Of a DNA stretch of 64,000 nucleotides, positions 47,540 to 58,611 are shown in pieces. The translations under genes and the position numbers were made by a program. The notes beneath the pieces are model-generated. The model worked only from the letters and a program-made list of their open reading frames with translations. It was not told where the DNA came from and ran no database searches. Origin of the DNA: Macrostomum hystrix (lineage: Eukaryota; Animalia; Platyhelminthes); assembly GCA_950097015.1 (NCBI GenBank), contig CATNEN010000011.1:1488001-1552000 (forward strand), written 5' to 3'. Position 1 is the first letter of the stretch. Each line of letters begins with the position of its first letter.

Positions 47540-50500
47540 ATGTCTGGCAGTTCAACAGGACCAACCACGTCAGGATCTTCGTCAGTTGCATCCTCATCTG
47601 CCACTCAGGAAGCAGCAACAGCAGCGGCTTCTGTGGAGATTCGCAGGTCTCGTCGATGTCGCCGTTTGAGTCAGTTGCAGCAGCAGATTCCCAACTCGTC
47701 AGTCAATGCCACTGCAGCTGAATCTTCTACCATTGAAGAGTGTCCTTGCCCAGCGCTAAAGCGTTTTCGATGCTCTCAACCTTCAGAGCAGCAGCAGCAG
47801 TCAGACAGGCGGCCGGGCACTCCCTCTGATCGGTGCGCCATCTGCCTGTGCGAGCCAGTTGACGCGTCCTACACCTGGTCCTGCCTTCATCGGTACTGCT
47901 TCGACTGCCTACTGGAATGGGCCAAGCGGAAGCCAGAGTGCCCGCAGTGCAAGCGGCCATTCACTACTATCATTCACAATGTCCGAGCTGACAATGACTA
48001 TGAGGAATATCCTGTGCCGCAGGCGCCAGCTCTGGCGCCTCCGCCAGTTTGGGCACTAGGCGGCGCTAGCAACACTGGCGGCCATAGCACCAGCAATGTC
48101 CTGTTTACTAGCAGAGCCGGCCCATTGTATCTATATAGGACCAATCAGACTGTAGCTGCTGCTGCTGCTCGCGACTCAGACGAAGAGCATCGACAGCTGA
48201 GGTCCGCTGGTCAGCATCAGCAGCAGCAGCAGCAGCAATCGTCTAATTTGACTCGACCAAACTTCTTCTCCGGCTTACAAGTGACAGACTCACCAGTGTG
48301 GCAAAGCCACCAGCAGCACCAGTACATGAGCATATTCGATTATTATCATCAGCGGCAGCCAAATCAGGATGCCACGGATGCTAATACCAGCGGCGGCAGT
48401 AGCTCAGGTAGCATCGGCCTCGGTGGCAGAAGCTTGCAAAATCTGCTACCTTACGAAGATGCTGAAGATTCTGGTAGGTTTATGTTTTATCATTCAAACG
48501 TTCCTTTGCTAATCCAAAGCCTTTAGCCTAGTGATTAAAGCTTCAAACTCAAAACTGAGTCCTCCGAAGTTCGAATCAATTTAGACTGCCTATCTATCTA
48601 ATTTGTCTCTCCCCGTCTAATCTCTCGTGTCTCATCTCTCCCCTGTCTCCTCTCTCCCCGTCTTATCTCTCCCCTGTTTCATCTCTCCCCTGTCTCCTCT
48701 CCCCGTCTCATCTCTCCACTGTTTCATCTCTCCCCTGTCTTGTATCTCTGTAGCTGACTTGCTACAAATGTTGCTGTTAAATTTAAGAGTCGGCAAAAGC
48801 TTGAGCTTGTCTACCCAGTTTTATCGTGGGGTTACATTTAAGTCTTAACCGGGCAACTGTACCTATCGATAACAAGGGCCATAGACAAATTAGCGGTAAG
48901 GGGGGAAATAAAAGTACCATTTGAATCTTTAAATATTAAGAGCCAAAAGAAAGAAGTGAATTTGCTGCTACAAGATACTCCCCCCACCCAAAACGGAGTT
49001 TATGCAAAGGTTTTGATTGTCGTTATGAAACAGTTAGAAAACGATGCTTTTCAGTTAGGTTAATAATGGTTCAGTTGCGTAAAACAGTTTAACAGATGGT
49101 TCTGTGGAAAAACGAACGTGGGAAGCGGTTTTAGCACGTATGTTTGCTGCCGGTGGGTTTTCCGGTGTTACAGTAGTTGCTGGTGCTTTGCTAATTGGTA
49201 CCGGTGCTGGGAGTGTAGCTGGTTTCACTCGATCGATAGACACTACAGAAGGCTTGCCGTTGATTTCCAATGTGAATGTCGTTTCGTGTCTCTCCAACAC
49301 TGCATAGGGTCCCTGGTAGGGTGCTTCTAGGGGACGTCGAACTCGATCTAGTCGCAACCAGACGTGGGTGCATGCAGCCAAGTCTGCTGGCAGATGAATT
49401 CTTACCTCGCGCTTTCGTGGTTGGCGATACGGAAAAAAAAGTTGGTGCAGTCTTGTGGAAAGTTCCTTGACAGAGGAGGTGTCGGCAACTACAGGTGGGA
49501 CTAATGGTTGTTCACCGGTAACGATGGAGAATGGCGATGCACCTGTCTCGTCTGCAAAAATGCGCATTCCGAGAAGCACGATGGGTAGCTGCTGCAGCCA
49601 GTTCTTGCCACGTGCTTTCAGCCCGGACTTTAATGTTCGGTGGGTTCGCTCGACGATGCCATTTGCCCTCGGATTGTAGGCTGAAGTGCGGATGTGATGG
49701 ATTCCGAGCAGTGTAGCCAGGTTTCGCATGAGCTCCGCGCGGAACTGCGCGCCTTGATCGGTCACCAGCGTCAATGGTGGGCCAAACCGAGATATCCAGG
49801 ATTCTAGGAAGGCGCACGCGACTGAAGTGGCGGTGATGTCAATGAGAGGGGCAGCTTCAATCCAACGTGAATATGCATCGACCATTGTGAGCAAGTAGCG
49901 AGGTCTGGGACTAACGTCGGTCGACTCTGGGGGTGGCAGTGGTCCGACTAAATCGATATGGACCGTCGTGAAGCGTTGAGAGGGTGCTGGAAGCTGTTGC
50001 AACGGGCGTTGGACGTGACGACCTGTCTTGCACTGCTGGCACTGTTGACATTCGGCTACCCACCTTTGGATGTCGTTAGCCATACCTAGCCAGAAAAAAC
50101 GATAGACGATGAGTCGTTGCGTGGCTTTGCGGCCAGGATGTGCGAATGCATGCAGTGAGTCAAAAACAGCGCGTCGGAGAGTCCTAGGGATGACGGGACG
50201 TGGGTTTGTCTGCGAGATTTCGCATCGCAGTGGGAAGTCCTTGATTCCAATGTCGAAGTTGCTGAAACGGCCTGTCTGGGGTTCATCCTCCGGGTTTTCC
50301 TTCTGTGCTCGTGCAACGGCTGGCAGGTCCACACATTGAGGAAGGTCAGACAGCAGTCGAATTGTGGTTGGTGGCGGGTTCTGGGATGGGTAAACCGGTC
50401 GTGATAGCGTGTCGGCTACGATGTTGTCCTTGCCGGAAATGTGGATGATGTCGCTCACAAACTCCGTGATGACGGATAGCTGGCGTTGTTGTCGATCGGA

Positions 50501-53500
50501 AAACCGTTCTTTCTTATTTCTAAACGCTCCGCTGATGGGCTTGTGGTCGCAGAACACGGTGGTTTGTTGGCCTTGGATCATGTATTTCCATGTCTTGACC
50601 GCAGCAAAAATAGCCAGCAGTTCCCGATCAAAAGTGCTGTAAACTGCTTCCGTGTCAGAGAGCTTGCGAGAGTAGAATGCCAATGGAGAAGATTGCTCGG
50701 CTACCACCTGATGCAATGCTGCGCCGATGGCAGTGGCGCTGGCGTCGGTTGTGATTGTGAATGTGGCATTGGCTTGAGGAAAAGTCAGGGTGACTGCGTT
50801 CGCCAGACTGTCCTGGAGTTCTTTCCAAGCATCGTCGTGTCGCTTCGTCCAATTGAATGGCGCCGTGACGAGTTGTCGTAGCGGGGTGGCGATCTCAGCA
50901 TAATTAGGAATGCACCGCTGATAAAAACCGAACATGCCAAGGTAGCGCCGTAGTGATTGCATGTCAGTGGGAGCCTCGAGTTTCCGCAGTGCTTCGACTC
51001 GGTTCGGAAGCGGTCGGATGCCGTCAGCAGTGACGAAGTACCCAAGAAACTCCACTGAATCGCGAAAGAAATGGCACTTTTCAGAGTTGACGCCCAAACC
51101 TTTGTCGCTTAAACGTCGCAGCACCTCTTCGATGTGCGCCTGATGTTCTTCGCGTGACTGGCTGTGTACCAAGATGTCGTCGATGTAAGATGTTACGAAC
51201 GGGAGGTCGCTAAAGACGGAATCTACGTATCGCTGGAATGTGCTGGCGGCGTTTCTCAGGCCGAATGGCATGCGAATGTATTCGAAAGAACCGAATGGCG
51301 TGCAAATCGCTGTTTTCTCAACATCTTCGTCTGCAATCGGGATGAAGTGGTAGGCCTTAACCAGGTCAAGGGTGCTGAACACTTTCGCTCCATGTAGACG
51401 ATGGTGAAAATGATTGATGTTCGGAATAGGGTAACGGTCTGGTTTGGTTGCCGCGTTCAGTGCTCGATAATCTCCACATGGTCGCCAGGAGCCGTCCCTC
51501 TTCTTCACCATGTGAAGCGGGGAGGCCCAGGGACTGGCCGAGGGGCGAACGATACCGAAGCGGAGGAGCTTGTCGAATTCCAACTTTGCGATTTCGTACT
51601 TCGCTGGGGATAATGGGCGAGGTCGACAGAATACAGGTTCACCTGTCGTCTCGATGCGGTGTCGCACAGATGTGGCGGGTGGCGCGGTGTAGTCCGGCGC
51701 CTCCAGTAATCGCGGGAAATTTTTGAGTGGTGTGGTCGGTTCCAGTTGAGTTGTGGCGTTGATTTTGGGAAGTTGCGCACTCGATGGACTGAGGTTGGCG
51801 TAAAGAGATGTCGCTGGGTCTTGTATGCGTCGTGTGTTCAGATCGATGAGGAAGCCAAACTTGAGGAAGAAGTCGGCTCCGAGAATTGGCGCAGTGTCGG
51901 TAACGATAAATGATGCGGGGTAGGGTCTACGGAGACCAGGAATTGTAAGAGTGACGCAGCATTGGCCGAAAGTTGGGATTTCTCGACCATCGATGCTACA
52001 GAGTTTCACATGTGTGGTTGTCAACAGATTTTGAGGAGCGAATTTTAGTGGGAGCAGCGATCGCTCAGCACCGGTGTCAACTATAAAGGAAACGGGTGAA
52101 CGGAGAATTTGACACAACAGTAATAACGTGTTGGCCTGGGAGGGGTCGCGGCTCGGCCGCGGCACGTGACCCACTAGTTTGACGCCGCTGTCGGCATTGG
52201 GCTGCTTGAGCGGGATTGAGTCGGAGTAGGTTGGCGGCTGGCGAGTGTTATCGTCGGCTTCGGTCCAGGCCACTGACACCACGGTCGGCAGGTGCGAGCT
52301 TCCGCGGCGTAGTACAGGTGACCGTTGCAGATTTTAGGGCGGCGGAGAGAATTTCGGTTGGCTTGAAAATCATCGCGTCTAGCTCCTCGAAACGGACTTT
52401 TCTTGTTTCCTGCGGACAACTGGCCGGGTGCGATGGCCCGGTTGATTGGGGTGAACGGCGTTGTGCTGGCTGACACGGCCAGCATGCTGTCGGCGATTTT
52501 AGAGAAAGCATCCAGCGGCGCGTCTTCGTGTCCGACTAATGCGGAACGGATGTGGGTCGGGAGTGCCGACAGGAGCCGAGACTTGACGATGCTATCATCG
52601 ACTTGCAGACCGACTTCGCCGAACTTGCGCTTGATTTCGTTAACCAGTTGCGATGGACGGCGGTCGCCGAGTTCAACTGCAGCCAGTGCCTCTTCGATGC
52701 GCTGGTGCCGGTTTACGCGTAACGATTCGAGCACCGCCGACTTAAGTGACGCATAGTCTCCCGTATCCAGATCGATTGAGCAAGCCACGTCTTCGGGTAG
52801 AGCGGCCAGTGTGTGGTGGAACTTGGTTGTCGGATTGACGATGCCGGCTAACGTGAACTGGGCTTCTAACTGACGGAACCATATTTCTGGGAACTTGCGA
52901 TAGAACGCGGGCGGTTTGACTGCGTGCTGTGTGATTTGTCGCTCGGGCATTTGAGGCGTTTCATCGGGTTGCCGCTGTTGACGCTGGGCTTCTGTTGTGC
53001 CTGGTTCGTGTCTCCTGGTTTTTGGCATGATGAAACGCTCTGCTACCAATTTTGTAGCTGACTTGCTACAAATGTTGCTGTTAAATTTAAGAGTCGGCAA
53101 AAGCTTGAGCTTGTCTACCCAGTTTTATCGTGGGGTTACATTTAAGTCTTAACCGGGCAACTGTACCTATCGATAACAAGGGCCATAGACAAATTAGCGG
53201 TAAGGGGGGAAATAAAAGTACCATTTGAATCTTTAAATATTAAGAGCCAAAAGAAAGAAGTGAATTTGCTGCTACATCTCCTCTGTTTCATCTCTTCCCC
53301 TTCTCATTTGTCCCCCGTCTCATCTCTCCCCCTGTCTCATATCTTCACTGTCTTATCTCTCATCCGTCTCATCACTGTGGTATCTCATAATTATCATCCT
53401 CTGAGTTGATTCCTCAAATTCCTTAGTTTTATCCCCGCTCGCAGATCCCAGCCAGCCGCTTCCGTCGCCCCTGACGGGCGCCAATCGTCACCTGCTCTAC

Positions 53501-55087
53501 CTGCGCAATCTGCACCCGGTGCCAGATCCTCAAGCAGCACTTATCACTGCGGCCAGATTCTCCGAAAATGAAACTGAGCGACACCGTCTAGTACCCTTCC
53601 TGTTGAGAGAATTGCGCTGTCTCACTCGCTACGATGGCAATGCCATACAGAGAGTTGTGCATCATCTGCTAAGGCTTGTAGCCAATCATGATCTAGATTC
53701 TGCGCTATTTAGAAGCTTAGCCAAAGCCTATGTTGGCAGGCACGGCAAACTGTTCTGCATTAATTTGGCTCACTTTGCGGCCGCTGTTGATCTGCAGCCA
53801 ACCCTGGCCCAGTACGACTCAGCTGTGCAATATCAGACTGTTGATACTACTGCTAGTAATGTTAACCAGATTTTAAACGAAAATGATTCGATTCTGCGCA
53901 CAGAATTAGATAAAGTGAAACGCAACCTGCGGCCGGGTCCCACGCCGTTAGATTTCGACGACGCGCTTAGCCCAATGGAGAGAGATTTCAGTTCTTTGAC
54001 ACCGCGACAGAGGCCCATGATTCTATCTAGACTGGCCCAGGGCGACAGTGATAGCTCAGCCAGTGGCAATGGCAGCAGTGGCACTGTCATTAACTATATG
54101 CAACTCTTGCACTCTGTTGCTTGGCGCTTCTCTAACGATCTCTACGGAACTGCCGACGAATCGCAGGCGGGGCAGGCGACTGAAGCTCAGCAGCAGCAGC
54201 GACAGCCTCGTCGACCTTCCAGTCCGTGGCCTGAATCAGGCGGTGGTGCTGAGACTAGTCGCAGGACAACAGCCGGCGCCGCGGAGGACAATCGTCAAGG
54301 AGGTGGCAGCGGCGGTGACAGCAGCGAAGATTACAGCCTACTAGGGGCGGCACTTCTGGCGCCATTTGAAGCCGCCGTGGCCGCGGCAGCTGCAGCCGCC
54401 GCTGTGGCCGTGTCTGCCTCGGCGGCGGCTACTCCGCCTCTATCAACTGCGGCCGCTTCTTCCACACGATCAGCCTCATCGTCGGCCTCGTCTTCTTCGC
54501 CGATTTTAAATAGGCGATCAGGGATTTTAGCTACGCCGAAGCGCAACTCCGGTTACTATGGCAACCCGATGGCGGCCACGCCGCTGCTGTCGCATCTGTT
54601 AAACGCTACGCCATCGTCGTCTTCCGCTGATGTCGGCGAAGGCGGCGGCGTAGGGCAGCGGATCGCTTCGCTGGCTTCCGCGGATTATCGTCGCCCTAAT
54701 CCATCTTCGCCATCCACGGCTAATCCAACAGCAGCTCCTACTGACAACCTGCTGTCTCATCAGCTGGATGATTCCGCTCTGTCGCCAACCTGGCAGAGGC
54801 TGTTCAACGACGAGGAGGCCGGACGCGTCACCTGGACGGAGATGGGCATCTTGGGTCGGCGTCGTCTGTATCGCCGCCGGCTAACCCTAGTCCAGCAAGC
54901 AGCAGCTCAAGCTCAAGCTTCTCATGTTTCCGTGGCAGCCTCGGATGTCGCTAACAATCCTATTCAACCGCCGCCTCAGCCGATGCCGTCGTCCCTCTCT
55001 GGCTTGTTTGATGCTCCCGATGCTACTGCGGCTGCGGCTGCGGCAGCTACCAACGATAGCGGAGTTGGAGGATTCGGCGATGTTTGA
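47540..55087 (+). CDS. TOPORS: Topors-like RING E3 ligase; exons 47540-48473 and 53445-55087
   Basis: CAICL...[31 protein letters not shown]. The phase-1 intron joins it to ..[21 protein letters not shown], the Topors HRLVPWLxREL motif. Confidence 0.8.
49055..52282 (-). CDS. Pol polyprotein (PR-RT-RNaseH-integrase)
   Basis: IVDTGAE, YIDDIL, TTDASA, H-H-C-C zinc finger, HIDLVGP, TDQGAQF, NGIVER. It lies in the -1 frame relative to gag. Confidence 0.95.
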   Translation of the reverse strand: MVSVAWTEADDNTRQPPTYSDSIPLKQPNADSGVKLVGHVPRPSRDPSQANTLLLLCQILRSPVSFIVDTGAERSLLPLKFAPQNLLTTTHVKLCSIDGREIPTFGQCCVTLTIPGLRRPYPASFIVTDTAPILGADFFLKFGFLIDLNTRRIQDPATSLYANLSPSSAQLPKINATTQLEPTTPLKNFPRLLEAPDYTAPPATSVRHRIETTGEPVFCRPRPLSPAKYEIAKLEFDKLLRFGIVRPSASPWASPLHMVKKRDGSWRPCGDYRALNAATKPDRYPIPNINHFHHRLHGAKVFSTLDLVKAYHFIPIADEDVEKTAICTPFGSFEYIRMPFGLRNAASTFQRYVDSVFSDLPFVTSYIDDILVHSQSREEHQAHIEEVLRRLSDKGLGVNSEKCHFFRDSVEFLGYFVTADGIRPLPNRVEALRKLEAPTDMQSLRRYLGMFGFYQRCIPNYAEIATPLRQLVTAPFNWTKRHDDAWKELQDSLANAVTLTFPQANATFTITTDASATAIGAALHQVVAEQSSPLAFYSRKLSDTEAVYSTFDRELLAIFAAVKTWKYMIQGQQTTVFCDHKPISGAFRNKKERFSDRQQRQLSVITEFVSDIIHISGKDNIVADTLSRPVYPSQNPPPTTIRLLSDLPQCVDLPAVARAQKENPEDEPQTGRFSNFDIGIKDFPLRCEISQTNPRPVIPRTLRRAVFDSLHAFAHPGRKATQRLIVYRFFWLGMANDIQRWVAECQQCQQCKTGRHVQRPLQQLPAPSQRFTTVHIDLVGPLPPPESTDVSPRPRYLLTMVDAYSRWIEAAPLIDITATSVACAFLESWISRFGPPLTLVTDQGAQFRAELMRNLATLLGIHHIRTSAYNPRANGIVERTHRTLKSGLKARGKNWLQQLPIVLLGMRIFADETGASPFSIVTGEQPLVPPVVADTSSVKELSTRLHQLFFPYRQPRKREVRIHLPADLAACTHVWLRLDRVRRPLEAPYQGPYAVLERHETTFTLEINGKPSVVSIDRVKPATLPAPVPISKAPATTVTPENPPAANIRAKTASHVRFSTEPSVKLFYATEPLLT
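52174..53028 (-). CDS. Gag
   Basis: First ATG after the PBS (MPKTRRH); WFRQLEAQF; CNGH-x9-C-x3-C (CHCC) motif. Confidence 0.85.
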   Translation of the reverse strand: MPKTRRHEPGTTEAQRQQRQPDETPQMPERQITQHAVKPPAFYRKFPEIWFRQLEAQFTLAGIVNPTTKFHHTLAALPEDVACSIDLDTGDYASLKSAVLESLRVNRHQRIEEALAAVELGDRRPSQLVNEIKRKFGEVGLQVDDSIVKSRLLSALPTHIRSALVGHEDAPLDAFSKIADSMLAVSASTTPFTPINRAIAPGQLSAGNKKSPFRGARRDDFQANRNSLRRPKICNGHLYYAAEARTCRPWCQWPGPKPTITLASRQPTPTQSRSSSPMPTAASN

Positions 55088-56334
55088 CTTCACTGGCCAG
55101 TTGAACTGCTGACTAAAATTTACATTGCTGGTATTTGGACAGCACTGGTGTATGCTTTTTATGTAGTCTGTGAGTGCAGTAGGTATTTATAGTTTTGCTT
55201 TATTTTTTTTCAGTACAGAAATTGAATTGCGGAATTGCTTTTACGGACTGGTTTAAAATAAATCTATAAATAAATATTCGTAATTTATTGCCTGGGGTAA
55301 TACCACGGTCAGCATCGTCGGGATATTCATCGATTCTTGTCGAGGACCCTGGTGACAAGGATAAGTAATATTGTTCTGTATTAACTTCTGTAGGGGTCCC
55401 TATTTGTTCAGAAAAAAAATTAACAATATTATCAATCCTGAATAGTCTAAAACTGTTAAATATAGTTTTTTGAATCCTATTCTTAGACAACCTTCCGGGA
55501 ATCCCCTTTCTATCGATCCTCAACCCAAGCACGTGACTTACTTTGAAGCCAATCAGATCGGTTCTTCAACAAAGTAGTTCTGTCTCAAAGCAGATTTGCA
55601 ATTCTTAGACAACTGTTGTGACTAATTTAAAAAACTTATTCTAGTTTTCATTTGTGAGAATGCATAAGTAAAGTCTCATATATAGTATGCTTTCTCTCAT
55701 TTTGACTACTAGAAGTAGTGCGCGGCATTCTGACTCGTGGTTTGATTTTGTTTTCAAACGCACCCCATAGCACTTTCTCGCGTATATCGATTCAGCTTTC
55801 TCTGTGGATTGTCCAGTCAATTCCTATCCGCTTTTTGTTCGTTTGTTTAAAATACACTTTGATATGTAACATGGAAATTTAACTGGACTCAGTATTAATT
55901 TATATTTCATTTCCACCTTCTCTCTGAAAAGTAATTTAAAACATTTTAATTTTAAATATAAATTTGCTTTCTTTTGCTTTGAATTTCACTTGTCTTTCCC
56001 AACGTAAAAAGTTAATTTAAAAACTGTATATAATGTGACTTGCTATTATGCTTACTGCAAACCTACTCTAAGAGTAGATCTATTATTGTAATATTGGATT
56101 AATTTCGTATTCAAAACGCAAGTTTGTCATTTGCTTCACGTGTAAGACTTTTAACCAGTTTAATTTTTTTAACAAAACCATAACACTTGTTATATGTAGC
56201 TGTTAGTTTTTATATTAAGTTGTACCTTGTGTTTTTATGTAATGCAAAATCGGCGGAGGGAAAATGGAATTAGTACAATCCGAAAGGTAGAATTTAGAGA
56301 ATGAGTAGAGTGTTTTGGAAGAGGCTTGAAGATA

Positions 56335-56930
56335 AGGTAACGGGGTAGAAGATAAGGTAATGGGGTTGGAGCTAAGGGAATGGGGTAGAAGATAAGGGAA
56401 TGGGGTAGAAGATAAGGGAATTTGGGTCGAAGATAAGAGAATTTGGGTAGACGATATGGGGTAGAAGATAAGGAAATGGGGTAGAAGATAAGGGAATGGG
56501 GTAGAAGATAAGGGAATGGGGTTGGAGATAAGGGAATGGGGAAGAAGATAAGGGAATGGGGTTGGAGATAAGGGAATGGGGTAGAAGATAAGGGAATGGG
56601 GTAGAAGATATGGCAATGGGGTAGAAGATAAGGTAATGGGGTAGAAGATAAGGCAATGGGGTAGAAGATAAGGGAATGGGGTTGAAGATAAGGGAATGGG
56701 GTAGAAGATAAGGGAATGGGGTTGAAGATAAGGGAATGGGGTAGAAGATAAGGGAATGGGGTAGAAGATAAGGGAATGGGGTAGAAGATACGGGAATGGG
56801 GTAGAAGATAAGGGAATGGGGTAGAAGATACGGGAATGGGGTAGAAGATAAGGGAATGGGGTAGAAGATAAGGGAATTTGGGTCGAAGATAAGGTAATTT
56901 GGGTAGACGATATGGGGTAGAAGATTCCAT
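56335..56930. repeat. 20-bp minisatellite (GGGGTAGAAGATAAGGGAAT)n
   Basis: Visible tandem array. Confidence 0.95.
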
Positions 56931-57719
56931 ATAGAGCTAGTTTAGGGAATGAAGTTTATCTGCTATGGAGCAAATCAGCAAACAAAAAACTTAAGCAATT
57001 GTTTGTCTTTTACTAGCTACTTTTAATGGCAGATCGCGATGTTGTCACTTATTAATTACGAGCAATACATACATACATACTCGTAGCAATTTATACTATT
57101 TTTTCTTTCTCGATTTGTTTTCTCTCTCTGTCATAAAACTTGACTTACTTTAGATAATTGTTTTTGTTGTAATAGTCTAATATTTTACTATTTTCATTTC
57201 CTAAATCGTGAGTTAAATAGTCTAGTATAAAGAATTGCTTCGACTTAAAAAGTCGGTTGTATTATTTCAGTTTTAACCAATCAAAGGTACTAATAGTCGG
57301 ACTTGTTGTATAATGTAAATGCAAAATACTATTTATTACTATTGATTCCACATTTATCTTGTATTAAGTTATTAGCCTTAACTGCTTAAACTAACTTCAC
57401 AGTCGTGCGATGCGCGATTTTGACGACTAAAATAATTAACTTGTTTTTTTGCAGCTTTTTTTCACAACCGCTTGAAGAAATGCCTACAGTTTATTATCTC
57501 CAGCGCATATGTTAGTCAGTATGAGATTCATTTATTATTAATTCAAAAAACTACCCCCTACGATATTCGTGTCCCACTGTGACCAGTTGATGTTTTATCT
57601 ACGAGTTAGATTGTGAAGCATTGGTGTTTTTTTATTTTGATAATTTTTTTTAGAAAATTTCTTTATGGCTGTCTTGTAGCCAACGGTTAGTTAAGAGCCA
57701 GTAGACACGGAGTTACTGA

Positions 57720-58560
57720 GACAGTAGAAAGGTAGAGTACATAGTCACAGTAGGCAGGTAGGGTAGATAGAGACAGTAGACATACAGGTAGGGTAGATAG
57801 AGACAGTAGACATACAGGTAGGGTAGATAGAGACAGTAGACATACAGGTAGGGTAGATAGAGACATTAGACATACAGGTAGGGTAGATAGAGACATTAGA
57901 CATACAGGTAGGGTAGATAGAGACATTAGACATACAGGTAGGGTAGATAGAGACAGTAGACATACAGGTAGGGTAGATAGAGACATTAGACATACAGGTA
58001 GGGTAGATAGAGACATTAGACATACAGGTAGGGTAGATAGAGATATTAGACATACAGGTAGGGTAGATAGAGACAGTAGACATACAGGTAGGGTAGATAG
58101 AGACAGTAGACATACAGGTAGGGTAGATAGAGACATTAGACATACAGGTAGGGTAGATAGGGACAGTAGACAGGTAGGGTAAATAGTGACAGTAGACAGG
58201 TAGGGTAAATAGTGACAGTAGACAGGTAGGGTAGATAAGAGACAGTAGACAGGTAGGGTAAATAGTGACAGTAGACAGGTAGGGTAAAAAGTGACAGTAG
58301 ATAGTTAGGGTAGATAAGAGACAGTAGACATACAGGTAGGGTAGATAAGACACAGTAGACAGGTAGGGTTGATAAGAGACAGTAGACATACAGGTAGGGT
58401 AGATAAGACACAGTAGACAGGTAGGGTTGATAAGAGACAGTAGACATACAGTTAGGGTAGATAGAGACAGTAGAGAGGGTAGATAAAGATAGTAGACAGG
58501 TAGGGTGCATGGTGACAGTGTACAGGTAGGTTAGATAAAGACAGTAGACAGTAGGGTAGC
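57720..58560. repeat. 30-bp minisatellite (GTAGACATACAGGTAGGGTAGATAGAGACA)n upstream of CDK8
   Basis: Visible tandem array, degenerating towards 58560. Confidence 0.95.
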
Positions 58561-58611
58561 TAAATATGGCCAGCATCATCAACTAGCTTATTACCCGCTG
58601 TCGCAGGCGTA

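Larger units (their letters stand above)
48749..53276 (-). mobile_element. Full-length Ty3/Gypsy LTR retrotransposon (4528 bp), CHCC-Gag type
   Basis: TG...CA LTRs at 48749-48972 and 53053-53276 (224 bp, no difference seen by eye); TSD TCTC; PBS TGGTAGCAGAG at 53048-53038; PPT GGGTGGGGGGAG at about 48990-48978; gag and pol ORFs intact. Confidence 0.95.

Noticed and set aside
49104-52756. Plus-strand ORFs overlapping the Gypsy element, and those at 61505-63797 overlapping the LINE
   Set aside because: Antisense shadows of GC-rich coding sequence with no recognisable motifs.
55200-55532. 110-aa minus-strand ORF downstream of Topors (also the stop-interrupted frame at 10630-10865)
   Set aside because: No recognisable domain, splice context or supporting features.
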